DNA of 64,000 bases from Oscillospiraceae bacterium (GCA_015064285.1 SVSN01000004.1:23350-87349), one strand, 5' to 3'. Shown: positions 1-9,852, numbered from the stretch's first letter. Notes: generated from the letters alone by a model not told the origin. Program-made: numbers and translations.

Positions 1-4
1 CAGG

Positions 5-33
5 TTGACAAGTCCAAAAAAGTGTGATATACT
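5..33 (+). promoter_or_regulatory. sigma-A promoter of the T-box leader
   Basis: TTGACA (5-10), 17-nt spacer, extended TG-n-TATACT (28-33). Confidence 0.85.
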
Positions 34-53
34 CTTTTCATCATGAAAAGCAA

Positions 54-325
54 ATGCGATAACAGGGAAACGGAACGGGCAACGGTTCATCGTACAGAGA
101 ACTGCCGGTAGGTGCAAGGCAGAAAGATGACAGCTTCATTCCTCTGGTCCCTCAGCAGCAGATCCCAAATGCGGTGCAGAGTAGGGTCTGACGGGTTCCT
201 GCCGTTACACGGGAAAGGCATCGTGTTGTGCCTGTCAAGTGGGTATTTTCACCAATCAGAGTGGTACCACGGGAGCATTCAGCCCTCGTCTCTGTCGGTT
301 TTCCGATGGGGATGAGGTTTTTTTA
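54..325 (+). ncRNA. T-box riboswitch, probable Leu (CUG) specifier
   Basis: Stem I with AGAGA and GGTG boxes; basal AGGGA/TCCCT pairing; specifier loop TCTGG (143-147); AGTA and CCGTTA elements; T-box AGAGTGGTACCACG (258-271); terminator with U-run (284-325). Confidence 0.9.
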
Positions 326-404
326 CTGTATAAAACCATTCTCAGCGGAATGATACAGGCAACACAACAAACATATCATTCTAATTTCCAAGAGGTAAAC
401 CATT

Positions 405-2939
405 ATGAAACTCTCCTTCTCTACCCTCGGCTGTCCTGATTATTCCTGGACCGATATCTATACCATGGCCAAGGACCTTGGTTTTCACGGGATCGAAATG
501 CGTGGGCTGGGCAACGATATTTTCTCCGTCAATGCTTCTCCTTTCCGGCCTGAAAATCTCGAAGAAACCAAGGCAACCCTGAAGCGTCTGAAGCTGGAGA
601 TCTGCTGTCTTTCTTCCGGCTGCGCACTCCGCTTTGCTGACCGCCATGAAGAAACCATCGCCGAACTGAAGGAATATATCCGTCTGGCAAAGGAACTGGG
701 TACACCCTACATCCGTGTACTGGGAGACCTGACCGCCGACATCACCACCGATTTCCCGGACGAAAACGTAATCGAGCCCATGAAGATTCTGGCGCCCATT
801 GCGGAAGAAGCCGGTGTTATGCTGCTGATCGAAACCAACGGTGTATACTCCGATACCGCCAGACTGGCCGATGTGCTGGCACAGATTGCCTCTGACGCTG
901 TCGGTGCCCTCTGGGACTGGAACCATCCTTACCGCTTCGCCGGAGAAATGCCGGAAAAGACCATCAACAACCTGGGTGCCTACATCAAACACTGCCATAT
1001 CAAGGACTCTGTCATGGAGGACGGCAAGGTTGTTTACAAGCTGGTGGGCGAAGGGGATCTGCCGCCTATGGTGGAATATCTGAAGGCTCTGCGTTCCCTG
1101 AACTATGAAGGCTACATCTCTCTGGAATGGCTCAAGCAGTACGCACCGGAGCTGTCCGATGCCGGTATCGTATTCCCTCACTATGTGCACTTCATGCATC
1201 AGTATCTGGGTATGGACGACGGCACCGCCAGACTCCAGAAGAACAAACGGGGCGACGGCTATTTCGTATGGGAAAAGGATCAGCTGATCGACATGACCTT
1301 CCCCCAGGTGCTTGACCGGATGTGCGAAGAATTCCCGGATCAGTACGCCTTCCGCTATACTGAATTTGATTACAGCAGAACCTATCCCGAATTCCGTGAC
1401 GATGTGGACACCTTCGCCCGTGCTCTGATCTCCATGGGCGTAAAGCAGGGCGACCATGTAGCCATCTGGGCCACCAATGTTCCCGCATGGTTCATCACTT
1501 TCTGGGCATCCGTAAAGATCGGTGCGGTTCTTGTTACGGTAAACACCGCTTATAAAATCCACGAAGCCGAATACCTGCTCCGTCAGTCCGACACCCACAC
1601 CCTCGTCATGACCGACGGCTACAAGGATTCCGACTATGTTTCCATCATCAGGCAGCTGGTTCCCGAACTGGAACAGAATGATGAAGTAAAGCCCATCCAC
1701 AGCCGCAAGCTTCCCTTCCTGCGGAATATCATCACCGTAGAATCCAAGCAGAAGGGCTGCTGGACCTGGGACGAAGCCATGGCACAGGCTGAAAAGACCC
1801 CTGTGGAAGCTGTATACCGCCGCGCCGCCATGATCAACAAGCATGACGTATGCAATATGCAGTACACCTCCGGCACCACCGGTTTCCCCAAGGGCGTTAT
1901 GCTGACCCACTACAACATTGTCAACGACGGCAAGTCCATCGGTGACCGGATGGATCTGTCCACGGCCGACCGGATGATGATTCAGGTACCCATGTTCCAC
2001 TGCTTCGGCATGGTGCTGGCAATGACCGCTTCCATGACCCACGGCGTGACCATGTCTCCCATCTCCGCTTTCTCTCCCAGAAAGGGCCTTTACTGCATCA
2101 ATAAGGAAAAGATCACCTGCTTCCACGGCGTACCCACCATGTTCATCGCCATGCTGGGCCACGAAGACTTCGCCAAGACCGACTTCTCCCATATGCGTAC
2201 CGGGATCATGGCCGGTTCCCCCTGCCCTGTCAAGGTTATGGAAGAAGTGGTGGAAAAGATGCACATGAGCGAAATCACCATCGTATACGGCCAGACCGAA
2301 GCTTCCCCCGGATGCACCCAGAGTTCCACCGACGACTCCATCGAAACCCGCGTAAATACCGTAGGCCGTGCCTTCTACGGTGTGGAATGCAAAATTGTGG
2401 ATCCCGAAACCGGCGAAGACCTGCCCGACAATGTGGACGGGGAATTCGTTGCCCGGGGCTACAACATCATGAAGGGCTACTACAAGATGCCCGAAGCCAC
2501 CGCCGCTGCCATCGACAAGGACGGCTGGCTCCACACCGGCGACCTGGCAAGACGGCTGCCCGACGGCAACTACAAGATCACCGGCCGTATCAAGGATATG
2601 ATCATCCGCGGCGGCGAAAACATCTACCCCAAGGAAATCGAAGACTTCCTCTACACCCATCCGGAAGTCAAGGACGTTCAGGTCATCGGCGTACCCGACA
2701 AGCAGTACGGCGAAGAGATCATGGCCTGCGTTATCCGTCAGGATGGTTCCACCATCACCGCGGACGAGCTGAAGAAGTACGTAATGGATCACATGGCTAA
2801 GCACAAGGTTCCCCGGTATGTCACTTTCGTGGATGCTTTCCCGATGAACGCTGCCGGCAAGATCCTGAAATACAAGATGCGGGAAGACGCCAAAAATCTG
2901 CCCGAATTCAAAGAAGCCGCCGGTATCGTTACCGCATAA
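405..2939 (+). CDS. Fusion of xylose-isomerase-like TIM barrel (sugar-phosphate isomerase/epimerase type) and AMP-dependent acyl-CoA synthetase
   Basis: N-terminal ~270 aa with IET, LWD, HIKD and SLEW motifs; C-terminal YTSGTTGFPKG, YGQTE, GWLHTGD and GKILK adenylation motifs; RBS GAGG. Confidence 0.88.
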   Translation: MKLSFSTLGCPDYSWTDIYTMAKDLGFHGIEMRGLGNDIFSVNASPFRPENLEETKATLKRLKLEICCLSSGCALRFADRHEETIAELKEYIRLAKELGTPYIRVLGDLTADITTDFPDENVIEPMKILAPIAEEAGVMLLIETNGVYSDTARLADVLAQIASDAVGALWDWNHPYRFAGEMPEKTINNLGAYIKHCHIKDSVMEDGKVVYKLVGEGDLPPMVEYLKALRSLNYEGYISLEWLKQYAPELSDAGIVFPHYVHFMHQYLGMDDGTARLQKNKRGDGYFVWEKDQLIDMTFPQVLDRMCEEFPDQYAFRYTEFDYSRTYPEFRDDVDTFARALISMGVKQGDHVAIWATNVPAWFITFWASVKIGAVLVTVNTAYKIHEAEYLLRQSDTHTLVMTDGYKDSDYVSIIRQLVPELEQNDEVKPIHSRKLPFLRNIITVESKQKGCWTWDEAMAQAEKTPVEAVYRRAAMINKHDVCNMQYTSGTTGFPKGVMLTHYNIVNDGKSIGDRMDLSTADRMMIQVPMFHCFGMVLAMTASMTHGVTMSPISAFSPRKGLYCINKEKITCFHGVPTMFIAMLGHEDFAKTDFSHMRTGIMAGSPCPVKVMEEVVEKMHMSEITIVYGQTEASPGCTQSSTDDSIETRVNTVGRAFYGVECKIVDPETGEDLPDNVDGEFVARGYNIMKGYYKMPEATAAAIDKDGWLHTGDLARRLPDGNYKITGRIKDMIIRGGENIYPKEIEDFLYTHPEVKDVQVIGVPDKQYGEEIMACVIRQDGSTITADELKKYVMDHMAKHKVPRYVTFVDAFPMNAAGKILKYKMREDAKNLPEFKEAAGIVTA

Positions 2940-2951
2940 CAACAGAAAATG

Positions 2952-3061
2952 TAAAAGGCAGCGGGAATCATTATCTTGCCGCCTTTTATTTCGTACTCCG
3001 TACGGAAACAGAAACGCTCTGCAGTGTATCATTAAGGTATACCGCAGAGCGTTTTCATTTT
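2952..3061. terminator. Two hairpin terminators between convergent genes
   Basis: AAAAGGCAGC...GCCGCCTTTT and AAACGCTCTGC...GCAGAGCGTTTT inverted repeats. Confidence 0.65.
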
Positions 3062-3084
3062 GTTCTATTCGGGAATAGGCAGCG

Positions 3085-4413
3085 TTATCTTCTCCGCTTC
3101 CGCAGCCGTCTTTCCCGCAGATGCGCATTGATGAGCACATATGCAATGGTCAGAACAATAGCAGAGATCACGAAAGCCTTGAAAAACCGGCCTTCCGTAA
3201 AGCTGCGGACACGGGCCAGGAAATACAGAAACTCACTTCGGGCCACACTGGATGTGGTCACCAGTGCACAGCTCCCGAGAATCCGGTCGCCCATCAGCAC
3301 AGTAATGGTACCGGCTTCCTGTCCTGTTTCCACAGGCGCATCCAGCGCGTCTGTGAATGTATTATAACTGTAACGGATATCTGTCTCTACAACCGTTTCC
3401 GAGGGCAGATACACTGTTATGGCATTCTCCGGCACCAGCGTTACGTAGTCCAGTGTGGAGGAAAGCTGTACCGGCAGTTCACAAACAATCTTATCCGCCC
3501 GGAGTACTTCCACATAAGAAAAAGAAGTAAACGCCCATTCAAACAGCTTGATGGCATTGATATAGTTGTACAGGCTGCCGTCGATAGACTCTGCTCCCAT
3601 GACAATAGCCAGATAGGTCAGACCTGTGGCAGGTTCTTCCGCAACGGCACAGATGGCATAGCCACCCTGGGTTGTGGAACCGGCATTCATCCCTATTGCA
3701 CGGCTGTAATAGTAATTTACATTATAGTATTTGGAGATCAGGCAGTTCCGGTTATAAATATTCCGGTAATCGCTTTCATTGGTTGCTTCCATAACGTATT
3801 TGGGCGTAGACACGATCTCCATAAACAGCGGCAGGGTGTAGGCATATTTGGCAATGATAGCCGTATCCGATACCGTTGTGACCATCGCATCGTTGTGCAT
3901 CCCCGTAGGGTTTGCATAATAGGTGCTGTATGCGCCCAGCCGGGTAGCTTTTTCGTTCATCTTTTCCACAAAAGCTTCTACAGAGCCATAAGCCGCATAG
4001 GCCAGCGCAATGGCAGCATCGTTGGCAGAATTGACCAGCATCCCATGCAGAAGCTGTTCTACTGTCACCACTTCTCCGCTCTTCAGGCTGATGTTGTTGC
4101 CGCCGCTTTTGGAAAGCATTTCCTCGGTGATGACAATCTCTTTCTGCAGATTATCCTCAAGCGCTTCGATAGCCACAATCCCGGTCATGATTTTGACAGT
4201 GGATGTAGGAAAGATGCGCTCATCGATTCCCTCAGCCAGCAGAACCTCATCGTTTTCAAAATTATAGAGATAAGCCCCTACGCAGTGGTCCATGGACGGT
4301 GCGCCTCCGGAAGTCCCGGAAGAAGGTGCGGCAGCCGTAACGGCAGTCGTCAGCCATACCGCCAGCTGCACCAGAGCCAGCAGTGCGGCAGCCATTCGTT
4401 TGTATCTCATCAT
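3085..4413 (-). CDS. D-alanyl-D-alanine carboxypeptidase (peptidase S11, DacA-like)
   Basis: Signal peptide, STVK (SxxK), SAN (SxN), NPTGMH, PBP5-type C-terminal domain and membrane anchor; KTG position reads NAG. Confidence 0.85.
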   Translation of the reverse strand: MMRYKRMAAALLALVQLAVWLTTAVTAAAPSSGTSGGAPSMDHCVGAYLYNFENDEVLLAEGIDERIFPTSTVKIMTGIVAIEALEDNLQKEIVITEEMLSKSGGNNISLKSGEVVTVEQLLHGMLVNSANDAAIALAYAAYGSVEAFVEKMNEKATRLGAYSTYYANPTGMHNDAMVTTVSDTAIIAKYAYTLPLFMEIVSTPKYVMEATNESDYRNIYNRNCLISKYYNVNYYYSRAIGMNAGSTTQGGYAICAVAEEPATGLTYLAIVMGAESIDGSLYNYINAIKLFEWAFTSFSYVEVLRADKIVCELPVQLSSTLDYVTLVPENAITVYLPSETVVETDIRYSYNTFTDALDAPVETGQEAGTITVLMGDRILGSCALVTTSSVARSEFLYFLARVRSFTEGRFFKAFVISAIVLTIAYVLINAHLRERRLRKRRR

Positions 4414-4423
4414 TTATCTATAC

Positions 4424-5368
4424 TCATTCCGTTGTACCTGAAAACCGGTTTCTGACCCGTTCTCCGTCTTTTATGACCTGGGCAGTCAGGGCTTCCAGTG
4501 TATCAAACTGTTTTTCATCCCGTATTTTATCAAAGAAGAAAAGCTGCAGTTCCTGGCCGTACAGATCGCCGGAATACTCAAGAATCCAGGTCTCCACCGT
4601 TATATCGGAAGTGTTTCCGTTTACAGTAGGCCGGGAACCGATGTTGCATACACCCGGTTTCTCAAAACGGACTCCATCTTTATCCGCAAACACCGCCATG
4701 CAGGCATAAATCCCTCTGGCAGGCGCTGTTTTTCCTGCCGGCAGACGGATATTGGCTGTGGGAAAACCCAATTTACGGCCAAGTGCTTTCCCATGCTCCA
4801 CCACCCCGGTAATGCTGTAAGGTCTTGTCAGCAGACGATTTGCCTCTGTCACATTTCCTTCCCGGATCAGCGAACGGATCCAAGTAGAGGAAACCGGCCG
4901 GTCATCCATCCGATACGGCGGAACAATCTGCACTGTCACTCCGTTTTCCGCGCCCCAGCGAAGCAAATCCTCAGCTGCACTTTCCCCGCCGCGTCCAAAA
5001 CGAAAATTGAAACCGCATACAATGGCAGATGGCGCGAACTGTTCCAGGAGTATCTCTCTGAAAAAAGTTTCTCCGGAAAGATGTGCCACCGAAGGAAAAG
5101 ATTCCAGTGCCAGCCAGCGAACGCCATAACAGGCCAGCAGCGAAGCCCGCTCCGTCGGATCTGTCAGCAGTTCCCCGGCTTTGGGAAGAGAGGAAAAAGT
5201 CCAGACACCCACCCAGCCGTTTTCGCCGGATTGCTCCGCCAGTTCTGCGGCTGAAGCCAGAAGCTTCTGATGTCCGGCATGGACACCGTCAAAAAAGCCC
5301 AGCACCCAAACGCCGCCCCGTGGAACCGAAGCAGCTGTTGTCATGGCAGGCAGTGAAAGGATTTGCAT
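4424..5368 (-). CDS. ribF: Bifunctional riboflavin kinase/FAD synthetase
   Basis: GFFDGVHAGHQ, GRKLGFPTAN and NIGSRPTV motifs. Confidence 0.95.
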   Translation of the reverse strand: MQILSLPAMTTAASVPRGGVWVLGFFDGVHAGHQKLLASAAELAEQSGENGWVGVWTFSSLPKAGELLTDPTERASLLACYGVRWLALESFPSVAHLSGETFFREILLEQFAPSAIVCGFNFRFGRGGESAAEDLLRWGAENGVTVQIVPPYRMDDRPVSSTWIRSLIREGNVTEANRLLTRPYSITGVVEHGKALGRKLGFPTANIRLPAGKTAPARGIYACMAVFADKDGVRFEKPGVCNIGSRPTVNGNTSDITVETWILEYSGDLYGQELQLFFFDKIRDEKQFDTLEALTAQVIKDGERVRNRFSGTTE

Positions 5369-5416
5369 GATTACTCCTCTGGTGGAACAAAATTCAGATA
5401 ACAGGTTTCATCCGGC

Positions 5417-6481
5417 TTAGTAAACCTTCAGCGCAAACACCGGGCATACCGCCGTACAATACCCGCAGAGCACGCACTTTTCCGGATCCACAGCGGCAGA
5501 TATACGGACAGCGGTGTTTTTTTCGGGATCAATCCCTTCCGCAGCGGCAAAAGCAGAACCGAAATCATAAGGATTTTCGTCCTCCGCCGGAACTTCCGTC
5601 AGAAGAAGCGCTCCCTGCTGACATCGCTCTACACATCTGCCGCAGCCTTCACAGTATTCTTCAATATGGAGCTGCCGCCGGATTTTCTGCAGCCCCACTC
5701 CGTTTTCCGAAAACATACCGGTTTCAAAAAAAGCAATGTTGGCATCAACCTCTGCTTCATCCTGCATCCCCACCGCCACAGCATCCATAAACGGCTGTGA
5801 CAGCACATAGGAAAATGCAGAGGCAGCATCCTGAAACAGATGGCCGCCGGCCAGCGCTTTCATACCGAAAATCCCGCAGCCGGTATCATGCAGTCTCGTC
5901 AGTGCCAGAGCCATTTGTTCCGGTGTTCCGTCCGCAATGCCGATCCCGGCTTTGTTGAACAGCGGATGCACCACATCCAGCGGGGTCCCCTCCTCAGCCA
6001 GCACCATGGCACCTTCCGCAGCAGCAACATGATGGGTGGAGATCCCCACAGCACGGATCACGCCTTTTTCCCGCAGTTCAAACAAGGTATCCAGTGCTTC
6101 TCTGTGGCCTCTGAGGGTATGGATGCTCTCCTGTTCGTGGAGCATGAACAGATCGATCACATCCCTGTCCAGCGCCAGTCTGGCTTCATCCACAGCAGCA
6201 AGGGCACCGGCTCTGTCATACGCGTATGTTTTGGAGCTGATGATCACATCTTCCGGCCGGCGGCATTTTTTCAGCCCGGCACGGATGTGTCCGTAGTTCC
6301 GGTAATACTGGGCTGTATCGACAAAATTGATGCCGCGGTCAAATGCGTATGACAAGACCTCCCCGGCCCGTTCTTCCGGCAGATCAGCCTGCAGGGGTCC
6401 CACAGTCAGGGATCCGAAAGCCAGCCGGGAAACAGGGGGGAGTCGCTTTGTCAGTATTCTTTTCGGCAGATCAGACACCAA
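5417..6481 (-). CDS. Aldo/keto reductase with C-terminal 4Fe-4S dicluster domain
   Basis: GINFVDTAQYY and GMKALAGG motifs; CxxCxxCxxxC twice. Confidence 0.88.
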   Translation of the reverse strand: MVSDLPKRILTKRLPPVSRLAFGSLTVGPLQADLPEERAGEVLSYAFDRGINFVDTAQYYRNYGHIRAGLKKCRRPEDVIISSKTYAYDRAGALAAVDEARLALDRDVIDLFMLHEQESIHTLRGHREALDTLFELREKGVIRAVGISTHHVAAAEGAMVLAEEGTPLDVVHPLFNKAGIGIADGTPEQMALALTRLHDTGCGIFGMKALAGGHLFQDAASAFSYVLSQPFMDAVAVGMQDEAEVDANIAFFETGMFSENGVGLQKIRRQLHIEEYCEGCGRCVERCQQGALLLTEVPAEDENPYDFGSAFAAAEGIDPEKNTAVRISAAVDPEKCVLCGYCTAVCPVFALKVY

Positions 6482-6731
6482 GATATTCCTTCAGCAGCGC
6501 CGCAATCAGTTCATACCGGTCAATCCGGCGGATCAGCCCGCGGGCATTCTTATAGTTGGTGATGTAGGTGGGATCTTCCGTCAGGATATATCCTACCAGC
6601 TGATCAATGGGCTTGTGCCCCTTTTCCACCAGTGCATCGTACACAGCACGGAGCATCTGACGGCGTTCTCTCTCTCTGTCATCTTCATGGATAGAGAACG
6701 TAATGGTTTTTTCCATATCGTTTCTGTTCAT
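6471..6731 (-). CDS. ireB: IreB family regulatory phosphoprotein (UPF0297)
   Basis: VYDALVEKGHKPIDQLVGYILTEDPTYIT signature. Confidence 0.9.
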   Translation of the reverse strand: MNRNDMEKTITFSIHEDDRERERRQMLRAVYDALVEKGHKPIDQLVGYILTEDPTYITNYKNARGLIRRIDRYELIAALLKEYLGV

Positions 6732-6815
6732 ATATATACCTTCCTTTGGTACATAACATATCTGTTGCCGCCATATCCGAAAAGAAAGACGGAAGCAGAC
6801 AAGGGTTTTGCTTAT

Positions 6816-8060
6816 TTATTTATACAGGGGATACTTTCTGCACAGAGCCATAACCTGCTCTCTGACAGCTTCGGCATTATTCTCAAAGTCTCTTGCCACT
6901 TCACCGATCAGGTGTGCCAGCAGCTTCATATCTTCTTCCACAAGTCCTCTGGAAGTCACAGCAGGGGTACCGATACGCACACCGCTTGTAACAAAAGGAG
7001 ACTGAGGATCGTTGGGAATCGCATTCTTGTTGACAGTGATGTGAACTTCGTCCAGCATGTGCTCAAATTCCTTGCCGGTCAGACCGAAGGGACGCAGGTC
7101 ACACAGTATCAGATGGTTGTCCGTACCGCCGGAAACCAGCTTGAAGCCTTCCGCCAGCAGTCCTTCTGCAAGAGCCGCAGCATTCTTCACGATCTGCTGC
7201 TGATAAGCAGTAAACGCAGGCTGCAGAGCTTCACCGAAAGAAACTGCCTTGGCTGCAATTACGTGTTCCAGAGGACCGCCCTGCGTTCCGGGGAAGATGG
7301 CCTTATCAATGGCCTTTGCCAGTTCTTCCCGGCACATGATCATACCGCCTCTGGGACCGCGCAGAGTCTTGTGGGTGGTGGTGGTCACGATATCCGCATA
7401 GGGTACGGGAGAGGGATGCACACCGGCAGCAACCAGACCCGCAATATGAGCCATGTCCACCATAAAGTATGCGCCAACTTCCCTGGCCACCCTGGCAATC
7501 CGTTCAAAGTCGATAACTCTGGGGTAGGCAGATGCACCGGCAACGATCAGCCTGGGGCTGTGTTCTCTCGCCAGTGTTTCCAGCTGTTCGTAGTTCAGTA
7601 TGCCGTCATCGTCCACGCCGTAAGGAATGAAGTTATAGTAGTTGCCGGAGATGTTCACCGGGCTGCCGTGGGTCAGATGACCGCCGCAGGCAAGATCCAT
7701 ACCAAGCACTGTATCACCGGGCTTCAGCAGAGCAAAATACACAGCGGTATTGGCCTGAGCGCCGCTGTGGGGCTGCACATTTACGTGCTCGGCACCGAAC
7801 AGCTTTTTTGCCCGTTCGATGGCGATGGTTTCCGCTTTATCTACCACATAGCAACCGCCGTAATACCGTTTCCCGGGATATCCTTCCGCATATTTGTTGG
7901 TCAGTATACTTCCCATGGCCAGCAGTACCGCTTCGGACACTACGTTTTCGGATGCGATCAGTTCCAGGCCGTCACGCTGTCTTTCCAGTTCTTCGGCAAC
8001 CACTGCGCCGATTTCCGGATCCATTGCGGACAGCCGTGCGATAGATTCGTTAATGCTCAT
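6816..8060 (-). CDS. glyA: Serine hydroxymethyltransferase
   Basis: [20 protein letters not shown] and [13 protein letters not shown] motifs; start moved to ATG 8060 behind a GGAGG RBS. Confidence 0.97.
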   Translation of the reverse strand: MSINESIARLSAMDPEIGAVVAEELERQRDGLELIASENVVSEAVLLAMGSILTNKYAEGYPGKRYYGGCYVVDKAETIAIERAKKLFGAEHVNVQPHSGAQANTAVYFALLKPGDTVLGMDLACGGHLTHGSPVNISGNYYNFIPYGVDDDGILNYEQLETLAREHSPRLIVAGASAYPRVIDFERIARVAREVGAYFMVDMAHIAGLVAAGVHPSPVPYADIVTTTTHKTLRGPRGGMIMCREELAKAIDKAIFPGTQGGPLEHVIAAKAVSFGEALQPAFTAYQQQIVKNAAALAEGLLAEGFKLVSGGTDNHLILCDLRPFGLTGKEFEHMLDEVHITVNKNAIPNDPQSPFVTSGVRIGTPAVTSRGLVEEDMKLLAHLIGEVARDFENNAEAVREQVMALCRKYPLYK

Positions 8061-8285
8061 ATAAGCCTCCGTGAAAGCAAATTTCAAGTTCAGGATAAAA
8101 ATCATCCCCATGATACTATTATAACAGGTACTGAGGCAAATTGCAACAGGGAAAAACACATTTTTACACATTTCCATTCCGGATTCGCCTGTTCTGTCTG
8201 TCATGTACAAGTATTCTTTCAGACCCCAAAATTTCTGCATTTTGTATCGTTCACACAAATAAAACGAAAAATATTTCTGTAGGTA

Positions 8286-8315
8286 TTGACAAAATGGCAT
8301 GGACAGTGGTATAAT
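8286..8315 (+). promoter_or_regulatory. sigma-A promoter for the minD-like gene
   Basis: TTGACA-N18-TATAAT with upstream TG. Confidence 0.7.
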
Positions 8316-8429
8316 TTATACATTCCATAGGCTAAAATAACGGTATTGTTGCACGAAGCGGTTTAATAATTCTTTTTCCGCATGAAAAATAACCTTCCGT
8401 ATCCAGAGTAACAGAAAGCGGGTATTCCC

Positions 8430-9221
8430 ATGAACTCCCCCCTCCATTGTCTGATTGCGTCCTCAAAAGGCGGTGTCGGTAAATCCACCACAGCCCTGGG
8501 ACTGGCAGCAGTCTTTGCACGATCCGGCAAACGGGTTCTGCTGGTGGACTGTGATGTATCCTCCCGTTCTCTGGAAATGTTTTCCGGCACAGCCGACAGA
8601 ACCGTTTTCCATCTGGGTGATCTGATTCTGGGTCGGTGTGATGCGGAAAAAGTACGAATCATTCCCTTTTCCGAACTGCCGGATCTGCATTTCTGTCCTG
8701 CCCCCACCAGAATGGAGGAAGCTGAAATACGAGAAAGATTCCCCGGCGGCTTTCCGGAAGCCATCGCTTATGGATGCAAAGCGCTTCTGTCCGACGCTTA
8801 CGACATAATTCTCATGGATACCGGATCCGGTTACGAAATTCCGCAGGCGCTGGCTCCTCTCTCCCATGTGGCGCTGGTCTGTGCCGAACAGTCTCCCGCC
8901 TCCATCCGGGCTGCATCCTATACGGCCGCCCTTCTGTCATCTATAAATAAAGTACGTCTGGTGATCTGTTCCTTTGATATTGACGCAGCCAGACGGAATG
9001 AACGGGCCGGTATGCTGGAGATGATCGACCGATGCGCTCTGAAATGTGCTGCTGTGGTACCGCTGGATCCGAAAATGATGAAAGCGCAGGAAAACGGCAG
9101 ACTGCCGGAGGCAAAATTCCCCGCCATGCAGGCTTACGCCAATCTGGCAAAACGGCTGGAAGGCTGGGATGTTCCCCTCTTCACCGGGATCCGGAAGATG
9201 AAACGGAAGCACGCACTTTGA
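8430..9221 (+). CDS. minD: MinD-like P-loop ATPase
   Basis: Deviant Walker A KGGVGKST, LVDCD and DTGSG motifs; basic C-terminal tail. Confidence 0.78.
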   Translation: MNSPLHCLIASSKGGVGKSTTALGLAAVFARSGKRVLLVDCDVSSRSLEMFSGTADRTVFHLGDLILGRCDAEKVRIIPFSELPDLHFCPAPTRMEEAEIRERFPGGFPEAIAYGCKALLSDAYDIILMDTGSGYEIPQALAPLSHVALVCAEQSPASIRAASYTAALLSSINKVRLVICSFDIDAARRNERAGMLEMIDRCALKCAAVVPLDPKMMKAQENGRLPEAKFPAMQAYANLAKRLEGWDVPLFTGIRKMKRKHAL

Positions 9222-9279
9222 TAAATTCGTCAGCAAAACCATTCATATACAAGAAACAGGAAAGGAACGGATTTCATTT

Positions 9280-9717
9280 ATGGATATTGCACTGATCGCC
9301 GATGACACCAAAAAGGAATTGATGACCCAATTCTGCATTGCATATTGCGGTATTCTGTCCAAACACAATATTTGTGCCACCAGTACCACCGGTAAGTATG
9401 TGCAGGAAGCAACAGGCCTGGAGATCGAAAAGCTGCTGCCCGGTTACAATGGCGGCGAACAGCAGATCACCTCCCGGATTTCCTATAATGAAATCGATGT
9501 CCTGCTGTATTTCAGAAGCACAAACCCCAACCATGAAGATGACGAAAGCGAACACAATCTGCTGCGTATGTGTGATGTGCACAACGTTCCCGTTGCTACC
9601 AACATCGCCACCGCAGAAGTGCTGATCTGCGCTCTCGATCATGGTGATCTGGACTGGCGTGAAATTGTCAATCCCAAGTCTGACTACAACCGCCGCCGCA
9701 GAGGGCTTTCCTATTAA
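9280..9717 (+). CDS. mgsA: Methylglyoxal synthase family protein with degenerate active site
   Basis: IALIADDTKK, ATSTTG, GGEQQI and CDVHNVPVATNIATAE match the MgsA fold. Confidence 0.85.
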   Translation: MDIALIADDTKKELMTQFCIAYCGILSKHNICATSTTGKYVQEATGLEIEKLLPGYNGGEQQITSRISYNEIDVLLYFRSTNPNHEDDESEHNLLRMCDVHNVPVATNIATAEVLICALDHGDLDWREIVNPKSDYNRRRRGLSY

Positions 9718-9852
9718 TTTGCCCCGCTGTCTTCACATTTATGAATATCCGTGCAGACAGCGGATTCACGGCTATCCGTCCGTCATGGTGGAGGCCGTTT
9801 TTTCATCTCCGGGAATACCCCGGAAAGCATAACCAGAACGGGGAGAAACTGC

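Noticed and set aside
143-147. Reading the first T-box specifier as UGG (Trp)
   Set aside because: Basal AGGGA/TCCCT pairing puts CUG in register and the UGGU bulge fits tRNA-Leu; Trp is not fully excluded
3013-3056. GCAGTGTATC shared with the hairpin at about 32575-32628, suggesting a REP-like family
   Set aside because: Only a 10-bp match in two terminator-like hairpins; no further copies seen
381-3146. 921-aa antisense ORF over the ligase fusion
   Set aside because: Shadow frame produced by strong codon bias of the sense gene; no recognisable motifs, while the sense gene has a promoter, T-box and RBS
8061-8300. Long N-terminal extension of GlyA, or a ZTP/T-box leader upstream of glyA
   Set aside because: The extension runs through the promoter (TTGCAA-N17-TATAAT); the RBS supports a start at 8060; the leader is short and lacks riboswitch motifs
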